From assembly GCA_038087875.1 (NCBI GenBank), contig CM075991.1, forward strand, positions 7,132,001 through 7,196,000: 64,000 nucleotides of DNA. Direction: 5' to 3'. The stretch's first letter is position 1. Each line of letters begins with the position of its first letter. Below are positions 52,463 to 62,257 of the stretch, in pieces. The position numbers and the translations under genes were made by a program. This DNA comes from Malacoraja senta. Taxonomy: Eukaryota. Under the pieces are notes generated by a model that saw only the letters and a list, made by a program, of their open reading frames with translations, was not told the origin of the DNA and searched no databases.

Positions 52463-52672
52463 CAAGGGTCCCAACCTGGGGTAAATTTACCCCAAGGGGG
52501 TAAATTTGTTGATTCTGGATTTGTACATATTTTTTCTCATCGACTGACTGTGTTTGGTTCTGGTATACTGGTATCTGTTCATCATTAGTTGTTCATAAAT
52601 AAGTGAAATAACATTTTTATATGCTATTAAAGTTGCCAGGGGTAAACGGGATGAAAAGATTGGGAACCCCTG
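52463..52672. mobile_element. hAT (Charlie-like) MITE, 210 bp
   Basis: Termini CAAGGGTCCCAA and TTGGGAACCCCTG; 8-bp TSD TTCTGGAA (52455-52462) / TTCTAGAA (52673-52680). Confidence 0.85.
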
Positions 52673-53266
52673 TTCTAGAACCAGCTTTTTTGCATTCTTC
52701 AGCATTCAGCAGTTTTTCATTGTGATATAGTTTTGTGATCTTTTATGGTTTGTTGTTGCATTACGATCTCTTCCAAATAAAATATTCTGCACTTGTATTT
52801 TTAAGCATGTTGCATACTATCACTAAATGATAGTCTGATGTGTTAAAAGTTGAATATAAATGTGGCATTGATGAAAAAGGGGAAATGGTGCAGATTTTCA
52901 GTATCATTTGAGCACCATGCATTCAACTCATTCTCGGTTGCTTTAACCATGGTTTTCGTTTTGGAAAAATATCCTAATGCAGATCCCAGAAGGTTTTTAG
53001 TACAAAGTATTTGTTGTGAGCCAGCCTAAATATTCACATGTTAGATCGAGGAAATTCTGGGGCGCCATGTAAATGCATTGGAAAGTACATAGAGAAATAC
53101 CATAACATCCAAGGAGCTCAACAAGATGTGTTCAAATTATTCAAGGATGCCATTCAGAGAGGCAAATATGATTGGCCAAATAAACTCAAGAACCCTGTGC
53201 TATTATATTATAGTATATTATATGCTGCTTTTGGAATATTGAAAAGTTTCTGACTGTGCAAGGTCA

Positions 53267-53970
53267 TTTGAGCCTCACATCCGCCATGTTGTCAAAACAT
53301 CATTTTTTCACCTCCGCAACATTGCAAAAATCAGATCGTCTCTCACACCCCCCGCTGCTGAAAGACTCATCCATGCCTTCATCTCCTCCCGACTGGACTA
53401 CTGTAACTCTCTTCTTTTCGGAATCAATTCCAGCAGCATCAAACGACTCCAACTGGTCCAAAATTCAGCCGGTCGACTCATCACCCACACCAAATCCTGG
53501 CACCACATCACCCCAGTTCTCAAAGAACTTCACTGGCTTCCCATTTCCAACCGGATCACCTACAAAATCCTGGTCCTCACCTACAAAGCCCTCAACAACC
53601 TGGCCCCCCCTTATCTCATTGACCTCCTCTCCCCCTACCAACCCTCACGGTCCCTCAGATCCACATCAGCTGGTCTCCTCTCCACTCCAAAATCAAACCT
53701 CTGCACTTTTGGAGGCAGAGCCTTCTCCAGGGCAGCTCCCAGGCTCTGGAATTCCCTCCCACAACCGGTCCGACATTCTGAGTCCCTCACCATCTTCCAG
53801 TCCCGCCTCAAGACCCATCTCTTCACCTCTGCATACCCGTAGTCCCATGTTCCCCTCCCCTCTGTCTTACTGCTCTATTTTGTTTTGTTTATTCCTGACT
53901 CTCAATTGTAAAGCGACTTTGAGTCCTGAAAAGCGCTATATAAATAAAATCTATTATTATTATTATTATT
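53267..53970 (+). mobile_element. L2 LINE 3' fragment
   Basis: Reads FFHLRNIAKIR..LIHAFISSRLDYCNSLL..HITPVLKELHWLP..AAPRLWNSLP..LKTHLF with stop at 53840-53842; tail TGTAAAGCGACTTTGAG..AAAGCGCTATATAAAT plus ATT repeats. Confidence 0.92.
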
Positions 53971-54875
53971 TCTCCACAAAGATGTGATTCTAACACCTGT
54001 TTAAAAAAAAAAGGCTTAAACAAATAATCACTGTCAAAATTAATATTACATTCAGACTGCATTGCTTTTATATAATATGCACAAACGTTGAGAAAAATCA
54101 TGTTCCAGTTTCTGAAATCCCATTTGCTTTACGGCAATGAAGATACAGAAATGAACCTCAAACATTTGTAATGGTTCCCCAGGAGAGATCATTCAAAGCC
54201 TAGAGGAATGGCAGTGGGTCAACGCCATTGTTCAGCGATTGCACTGGACATGCCACTATTATCAACCCTAAACCAAGACCAAATCAGGAGATCCATTGAA
54301 ATCCAGATCATGAGGAATAACTCAATGGATCAGGCAGCATCCCTGGAGGATATGGATAGTTGACGTTTCGGGTTGGGACTCTTCTGCTGTCTGAAGAAGG
54401 GTCCGACCTGAAACGTCGCCTATTCATGTTCTCCAGAGATGTTACTTGACCCACTGAGTTACTCCAGCACCTTGTGTCCTTTTGTGTAAACCAGCATCTG
54501 CAGTTCCTTCTTTCTGCAAAATTGGTTTTGAAAAAGTTGCGTGAACATGCATGCGTACTGTACTGATTTGGACACGTTTGGCTGAGTCAATGCCTACTTG
54601 TAGTCAATGCCTACTTTGTAGTCAATGCCTACTATGTTCTGTTGTTCTGAAGCAAAGCAAGAATTTCATTGTCCTATCAGGGACACATGACAATAAACTC
54701 ACTTGGGACTTGAACATAAAGGCTTTTCATCGCAGATAGTTCAAGCTGTTTGAAAATCAGGGCTAAGCTAAATAAGGTCACATATATATCTGTGAATTTA
54801 TACAATCCAGTGGAACATCTGCTGATGGTGCAGACAAATGCATGGCACAAGGAGCTTAGAACAAGATTTTTGTCC

Positions 54876-55280
54876 TGTGTAGAAGGGAAGTGCAGATGCT
54901 GATATGCTGAAGACACAAAGTGCACCTTTGGAGAAGAAGGATGGATGACTTTTTGGATCGGGACTCTTATTCAGACTGAAATTAGAGGGGACGGAACTGG
55001 AGGTATGAAAAGGCCAGAACATTGCAGGACCAGCACCAGATGACCAAGGAACGGTGGAGCCCATAATGGCCCATTGTTGGCTGGGGAAGGGGTGATAACG
55101 AAGGGATACGCGAACAGTGGAAATAGTAGGATGACTAGGGTGGGGGAGAGGGGGGAGGGAGGGAATGCAAGGGTTACCTGAAATTAGAGAAATGAGCATT
55201 CACACCCCTGGGCGTAAGCTCCCCAAGCAAAACATGAGGTGCCGTTCCTCCAATTTGTGCGTGGCCTCACTTTGACAGTT
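54876..55280 (-). mobile_element. Penelope-like 3' fragment
   Basis: TTACCTGAAATTAGAGAA..TTCCTCCAATTTG matches the GIY-YIG 3' end at 39946-40030. Confidence 0.8.
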
Positions 55281-55314
55281 GTCCTCTTCATTCAAGACTG
55301 ACTGAACTCTGGAA

Positions 55315-55510
55315 TATGCTGGAGTAACTCAGCGGGACAAGCAGCATTTCTGGATAGAAAGAATGGGTGACGTTTCGGGTCGAGACCCTTCTTCAGACCC
55401 AAAATATCACCCAATCCTTTTCTCCAGAGATGCTGCCTGTCCCGCCGAGTTACTCCAGCATTTAGTGTCTATCTTCAATGTAAACCAGTATCTGCAGTTC
55501 CTCCCTACAC
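55315..55510. repeat. Inverted pair of Penelope terminal repeats
   Basis: Arms at about 55315-55398 and 55398-55510. Confidence 0.85.
55368..55396 (-). ncRNA. Minimal hammerhead-like core, intact minus-strand copy
   Basis: Plus strand reads TGACGTTTCGGGTCGAGACCCTTCTTCAG, the reverse complement of the same core. Confidence 0.6.
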
Positions 55511-56254
55511 ATTGACATTCTGGAATTCTTGGTTAACATTTTTGTACTTTTGAAAGCAGTTAATCTCAAAGGGGTAACAGCTTTCAAGCAATAATTATCA
55601 CTTACAACCAATTTGATGTATATTACAATACCTGAAGATTTAAGAAGCAGAATTATGGAAGAACTCTGTGCAGAACAATTAGGCACAGTGAACATGTCTG
55701 CAGTAGCTAATGTCTTAACGTCTGACATGGAATAAGATTTGGAGGAGTTAGGTCTGCAGACTTCACCCACTGACAGATAAAGCCTCACACGTTCCTATCA
55801 TTCAGAGAAGCTGATGAGGAAAGCATTGTGAGCCTTTACCGCTTTGCATTTTTAAATGCCTGTTGCATGATGATAACAAGTGATTACATCTTACCATGCT
55901 GAAACAGGCCTTTTGTTTCGGAGGTTCGGCTTTGGAAAACTGAGTCAGGATGTAATTTGGATTGAATGCTCTCTTTTTGAATTTCTTCATTTGATTTTAT
56001 GCTTCGAAAACCTAAAGGATTAAACAAACTTAAAAATTCATATCAGTTCATTTGAGGATTGTTTCCTTCACATCGCTAGTCCAGATCATAAACCACTGTG
56101 GGAAGAACTGTGAGATTAAATACATGTAAATGCTGCATACGATTTTTTCTGGACAATATTTTTGAAGGGATTAGAAACATGTTTCTTTGATCTTACCTGA
56201 GGCAGAGTGACAATGCAGTAAGCCTCAGAGATAAACTGACAGCGATAAATATTT

Positions 56255-56550
56255 AAGATAGACACTAAGTGCTGGAGTAACTCAGTGGGACAGGTAGCAT
56301 CTCTGAAAAAGAATGTTATGTTGCATTTTGGGTTGGGACCCTTCTTCAGAGGGACTGAAGAAGGGTCCAGACCCAAAGTCTGAAGAAGGGTCCCAACCGG
56401 AAACGTCACCTATTCTTTTTTTCCAGAGATGCTGCCTGATCCGCAAAGTTACTATCTTTGGCATAAACCAGCATCTGCAGTTCTTTGTGTAGGAAGATAT
56501 TGCAGATGCTAGTTTAGACCGAAGATAGACACTGTGTACTGCAGTTCTTT
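56255..56550. repeat. Inverted Penelope terminal-repeat cluster
   Basis: Same consensus; doubled CTGAAGAAGGGTCC at 56355 and 56380. Confidence 0.8.
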
Positions 56551-57511
56551 GTTTTTACTATTAGGGATAAATATTTAGTTGAGTTGCCTGCTTGTAATAA
56601 GTTGGTGTCTCCTGATCTGTGATAGATTGGAGCGTATTTGTGATGGCCCCCACAGTTTAGTTGACCCACTAATGGCCATTATTTATAGTTTTATCAGAGA
56701 GAAATCTGAATAGAGAAACAGCAATGATTTAAAAACCCATGGAATTCACTCTCTATAAAGCAGGAAGAACAGAGAAGCAAAAAAGCCGGATGGGGATTTT
56801 TTTTAAATTTAAAGGGACATCCACTTCAAATAGCACACTGAACAAGGTTCCACAACACATTCTCAATATTTAAGTTTGTTTCTGTCTCTCGGGAAAAATA
56901 GGTGTTAATTCAGTGACGGGGCTGTGCTTCAGGTCAGAACTATTATTGGATGTTGTCAATCAGAAAACCTTTCATTTCATCCACAAAAAAACCCTCACCG
57001 TTGCAAATTCAATGAAATAATGCACAACACTTTGAACTTGCTCGTACATTTGTTAGCTTTCACTCATATTCTCACTCTGACAACCATTACCGAGGCTTTA
57101 TTATTCTCTCCTGATCACTGCATTCATGATTCAACAATCATTCCTCTATCGCATACCATTTCAAAATGCTTTGGATGTAAATGCAAGCTGCAGAATCTGT
57201 CTTCATAAATTTAACATCAGCTGAATCTGTGGAATGTCCAGCCAAGTAGAACTCGGCTCAATTGTTTGTGTTGTGCTTAGCAAAGCGCTGACTGTCAGAC
57301 TGGAGCAACGTAATTAAATAAATAAAGCAAAATAGACCCTACACTTTCCGAGATGATTGTATCATATTGGATTGCAACATGTAAGCATTGATTTTATTGG
57401 CCTGGACACTTTGGTTTGGATGCTTCAATTACATTTGGCACATACTGCTGTTCACAATGGTCTCGCAATCTCTGAAAAGAACTTTACTATTTCTGACGTT
57501 ATTCACGGTTG

Positions 57512-57897
57512 TTCAGTTCAGTTTAGTTTATTGTCACTTGTACCGAGGTACAGTGAAAAGCTTTTGTTGGGTGCTATTCAGTCAGCAGAAAGACAATACA
57601 TGATTACAATCGATCCATTTACAGTGTATATAAGGAAACAACGTTCAGTGCAAGGTAAAGCCAGCAAAGTCCGATCAAGGATAGTCCGAGGGTCACCAAA
57701 GAGTTAGATGGTAGTTCAGCTCTGCTCTCTGGTTGTGGGAGGATGATTCAGTTGCCTGATAGCAGCTGGGAAGAAATTGTCCCTGAATCTGGAGGTGTAC
57801 GTTTTCACACTTCTATACCTTTTGCCTGATGGGAGAAGGGAGAGGAGGGAGTGGCCATGGTGTGATTCGTCCTTGATTATGCTGCTGGCCTTGCCGA
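57512..57897 (-). mobile_element. Rex1/Babar-type 3' end (related tails at about 17400-17600 minus and 42838-42965 plus)
   Basis: KASSIIKDESHHGHSLLSLLPSGKRYRS..SRFRDNFFP.AIRQLN; tail GACAATAAACTAAAC. Confidence 0.83.
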
Positions 57898-58321
57898 GTT
57901 TGTGTGTCAGTTCGACAAGATTCCCAGAATTCGCCAACAGTGGGGTGAAGGTTCTTCACCCCATCGCCAAGGATGGGGTGAAGAAGCAATCACTCTGACC
58001 AATCCCCTCAAGTAGCAAAGCAAGAAGTGAAAAACACAATCTTTAACTAATAAAAGTTTGGATAGGCAAGGTTCAGGAAAGATCTGCGCCACCCAAAGGA
58101 AAAGTATTATTTTTACATCCCAATATATTTTTGAAATATTTCTTTGAGGAATTGCATTTCAAATAAATAAATGAATCTTTTCAGGGCCAGGGAGTTTGTT
58201 AAGCAGTAAATATCCCCCCATCTCAGAGGAGACACAAGGAACTACAGATGCTGGAATCTTGAGCGAAACGCAAAGTGCTGGAGTTACTCTCAACAAGTCA
58301 GGCAATATCACTGGAGTATAT

Positions 58322-58683
58322 AAGTTCATAAGTGACAGGAGCAGAATTAGACCATTTGGCCCATCAGGTCCACTCCACCATTCAATCATGGCTAGTCTAT
58401 CTTTCCCTCTCAACCTCATTCTCCTGCCTTCTCCCCATAACCCCTGACACCAATACTAATCAAGAATCTGTCAATCTCTGCCTTAAAAATATTAATTGAC
58501 GGCACCCACAGCCCGCTGTGGCAATAAATTCCATGGATTCACCACCCACTGGTTAAAACAATTCCTCCTCCTCCTCCTCATCTCAAAGATATGTCCTTTT
58601 ATTCTGAGGCCATGGCCTCTGGTCCTAGATTCTCCCACTGGTGGAAACATCCACTCCACTTCCACTCTATCCAGGCCTTTCAC
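58322..58683 (-). mobile_element. CR1 LINE 3' fragment
   Basis: KGLDRV..GESRTRGH..WNLLPQ. Confidence 0.85.
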
Positions 58684-59045
58684 GACTATTCACAGGTGGC
58701 GTTTCCGATCGGGACCCTTCTTTAGACTGACGTGAGACAACATGGTGGTGCAGGCAATACACGTGGCTCTGTTAGCGATTCTGGGTCACAACATGGAATC
58801 CGATGAAGGGTCCCGAACCAAAACATCGCCTATCCATTCCCTCCGGAGATGCTGCCTGAGTTATTCCAGCACTTTGTGCTTGGATTAAAATCTCAGTTAC
58901 ACCTCAAGCAACAAAATGTAACTGCCTGGAATTTCACCTTCCATCAGTCAGGTTAAACATGCTGTTTAGTTGCATCAGCACATCCTCTTACACCAAAATC
59001 ATGAATTTCAAACCAGGGTAAAACTTGCTGACGTATATATTTAAT

Positions 59046-59138
59046 CTGAAGAAGGGTTTCGTCCCGAAACGTTACCTATTTCCTTCGCTCCATAGATACT
59101 GCTGCACCCGCTGAGTTTCTCCAGCATTTTTGTGTACC
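59046..59138 (+). repeat. Solo Penelope terminal repeat starting exactly at the CTGAAGA core
   Basis: Perfect 12-bp TSD TATATATTTAAT at 59034-59045 and 59139-59150. Confidence 0.9.
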
Positions 59139-59411
59139 TATATATTTAATGCATTTTGTTAATGAAAAGAGATACATTTCCAAGTAAATATTTTCAGAGT
59201 ATTTACAGTGGAATTATTTCACATGCACCCGAACTTCACGTTCCAATTATGCGAGGGAAGATTTCAACACCATGCAATCTCTGCAATGTCGTGGAATCAC
59301 AGGCATTATCTTTTGCAATTTCTGCATGAAATTGTGAGCCCATCCTCACGATCGATTAAATGACTGAGTACCAGCGATTCTTGCAGTAGCCACCACCATC
59401 AAACCCAATAA

Positions 59412-59977
59412 AGGGGCTGTCCCACTGCGGCGACCTAATTGGCAAATTTAGAAGAGTTTAGGAGAGTTTGAAAAATGTCATGTTGAAGACCTCCTTCGAC
59501 TATGTAGAAGACCTCCTTCGACTACGTTGAAGATTAGCTACGACTTGCTTCGACTAGCTTCGGGAAAATTGGACACCGAATAGTGGAGAGTGAAGACGAT
59601 CTCCTTCGATCTCCTTCGACCTCCCTTCGACTATGTTGAAGACTATCTATGACTACCTTCGACTACCTTCGATTACCTTCGACTACCCTCGATTACCTAC
59701 GAATAATATGCCGACCTACTACGACCTACTTTGACTAAACCTACGAGTAAAAAAAAAAGAGATTTTTTTTTCCATGGCGATCTTTTTTTACTCGCGGGCA
59801 TTTTCCAGCACGTTGAAAAATACCTAGCGGAGGCCTCGAGTACGCGGGGACTACTCTCGAGCATGAAGGAGAGTTACAAAGACCTCCTAGGACCTCGTGT
59901 CGACCATGCTGCGAGTATGAGTCGAGGGCAAACTCTTCTAAACTTGCCAATTAGGTTGCCGCAGTGGGACAGCCCCT
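59412..59977. mobile_element. PIF/Harbinger-like MITE, 566 bp
   Basis: 48-bp TIR with two mismatches starting AGGGGCTGTCCCACTGCGG; TAA on both sides; internal TTCGACTA arrays. Confidence 0.88.
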
Positions 59978-60202
59978 TAAGCTTGATGAGCAATTAACCT
60001 TTCCTTCTGGGGAACCAAGACACTGAGAGAAAGACACTTGCTTTTATTGAATGGGTGTTGTGTGATCTCCAGTATCCACATGAAGCAACAGAAGAAGTGA
60101 AAAATGACTCATTTAGATTTTAATTCCAACACTAAGCCTTTGAAAATAGGAAAGTCTCAGTATGGTTCTGGTATATTAGCTCGGATCATCTCAAAATCAG
60201 GC

Positions 60203-60393
60203 CTTCCGGTGGCGTCATGTTAGACTAACAGACGTGCACCCAGCTCCTCTCCCGAAAAACTTCACGATTTATCGTGTAAAACGGGTCCGAAAATCGGGAT
60301 TGTTTTTAAAAACCTTACCGGAGCTTCTGGTTACCGCGCTGATGACGTCATCGTTAAACGCGATGTTTTAAACGGTGGTTTGAAGCCCTTTAA
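60203..60393 (+). promoter_or_regulatory. L1 5' UTR, probable internal Pol II promoter
   Basis: CpG-rich; ETS-like CTTCCGGT at 60203-60210; palindrome GATGACGTCATC containing a CRE at 60341-60352. Function is inferred from general L1 biology. Confidence 0.6.
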
Positions 60394-61452
60394 ATGAGTA
60401 AATTGACTCCAGCTGTGAGCCCTCAGAGAGCTGTGAATAAACTGTCGAAACAGTTCGAAATTGAAGTTACCTCTGAAGTCTCTGAAGTGGCTGCAGAAAT
60501 GGATACAAGATCTAAGAAAGACTTTGATGACTTGAAAAAATCAATGAAAAATTTGAAAGATGAGATCTCGGATAATAGGGTGGAAGATAAGAAGGAAATG
60601 AAGGAAAATTCGGCAAAAATGATGGAAGGAATGCAGAAGATGATGAAGGATTTAAATGCTGGTAACCAGAAGAATATGACGGATTTACTGGACACTATGA
60701 ATAAACGAATTGATGAGGTGAAAGATGGACTATCAGAGAAAATGGATAAGATGGATGTAATTACTACGGATAAGTTCACGGCTGTACTTGAAACAGTAGC
60801 TGCAAGTATGCAGACAATCACGGAATTGGAGAAAAATACGGCACGACTGGTTGAAGACATGGCGAAATTGAGGCAAGAACATGAGCAAATGAGGCGAGAA
60901 AACGAACAAGCATCACTACAAATGGGGACTCAATTAGAGAAAGTCTCATTCAAATGCCTGGACCTGGAAGCTCGTTCTAGACGCCAGAATCTGAGGATTC
61001 TTGGTGTTTCAGAGGGGGCAGAAGGGGAACAGGTACGTGAATTTGCCATGGGCTTGTTGAATCTTCCCAAGGAACCGAAAATCGAAGTGGCTCATCGTGT
61101 CCCAAGATTTGGAAAAAGATTTGATGCGGGAAAAGCTTATCCACGACATATTATAGTGAAATTTCGAGACACTGCAGAACTGGAATATGTTATGACCCAT
61201 ATCAAATATGGTGTACAATTACAGCTGGACAAAGACACTATTAAGATATTCAGGGACTACCCACATGAAATTGTGCAAAAAAGAAACAAATTTGATAAGG
61301 TTAAAGATCTTTTAAGAGGGAGAGAAGGGGTCAGATTCGGGGTTTTTTATCCCGCTAAAATGCGTATTTCTTTTAATGGTCTTGAAAAGTCATTTGTTAA
61401 GCCTGAAGACGCTTTCAAATATGCCCAAACGATTGTTGAAAGACAGAAATAA
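60394..61452 (+). CDS. L1 ORF1p (coiled coil, RRM, CTD), 352 aa
   Basis: Heptad-rich N-terminal half; DLEARSRRQNLRILGVSEG, IEVAHRV, PRHIIVKF, YPAKMRI. Confidence 0.96.
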   Translation: MSKLTPAVSPQRAVNKLSKQFEIEVTSEVSEVAAEMDTRSKKDFDDLKKSMKNLKDEISDNRVEDKKEMKENSAKMMEGMQKMMKDLNAGNQKNMTDLLDTMNKRIDEVKDGLSEKMDKMDVITTDKFTAVLETVAASMQTITELEKNTARLVEDMAKLRQEHEQMRRENEQASLQMGTQLEKVSFKCLDLEARSRRQNLRILGVSEGAEGEQVREFAMGLLNLPKEPKIEVAHRVPRFGKRFDAGKAYPRHIIVKFRDTAELEYVMTHIKYGVQLQLDKDTIKIFRDYPHEIVQKRNKFDKVKDLLRGREGVRFGVFYPAKMRISFNGLEKSFVKPEDAFKYAQTIVERQK

Positions 61453-62257
61453 AAGGGAGCTTTGGCAGATCCGAATAATTCTCAGCTATGTTTTGTCTGG
61501 GGATAGTTACATTGTTATCTCCGGAATGTTGAAGCAAGGACATTTTCTGTTCAAAACGTGTAAACAACTTTATAACGGGATATGAATTAGAAAATAATTG
61601 CTTATTGATTAAAATGTTATAACCAATTGTAAGAACTTATCCTATTAACAACTTTAAAAGTTATGCAGGTTAGATTAGAATACTAACAAAAAAAACAAAA
61701 AAATAAGGAACTAACATACTAATATGAATTTTTAATAAATTGTAACCTTGTCTATAAGCGGGAGGAGGGGATGAGAAACGAGCTCCTGGCTTATGTCCAG
61801 GAGCACGTCTCGTTAACCCCTTCAACCAACAGCTGATTCTTATTGAAATCAAAAATATTGGTTTAATAATTAAACTCTGATATATATATATGTTATAAGG
61901 AAATATCAGGGTAAAATTGTATTATATATATGAATGTGAGGCCTCGTTTTAATATTTTAATATGTTATGATTAACTAAGAGAGCGGAGCGAGTTGAGCAA
62001 CAACGCAATGGAAGTCAAAATAAGGTTTTTTCCCACCTACAGGTGGGTCACTTGCTACAGTGCCGACTATAGACACTGTAGCCTCACTTTTTTAGTTTTT
62101 TTTTTATTACATAAAATCACTTGTTTGTGTTTTGTGTTTAGTGATAAGAATAATATGGACATACCAACAAAAGTTAATAATTCAAAAACTCCCCCAATAC
62201 CTAAAGACGTGGGATATGGACGCACCACAAGATTCAAAGGTACTATAATTATTCAAA

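Noticed and set aside
53256..53987. 243-aa Pro/Ser-rich ORF
   Set aside because: Alternative frame of the L2 fragment; the L2 protein motifs are in another frame.
59480..59740. TTCGACTA array as CRISPR or satellite
   Set aside because: Irregular short motifs inside a TIR-bounded MITE.
60423..60860. 145-aa antisense ORF inside L1 ORF1, as a possible ORF0-like gene
   Set aside because: Ser/Phe/Ile-rich shadow of a purine-rich coiled-coil frame; not in the 5' UTR.
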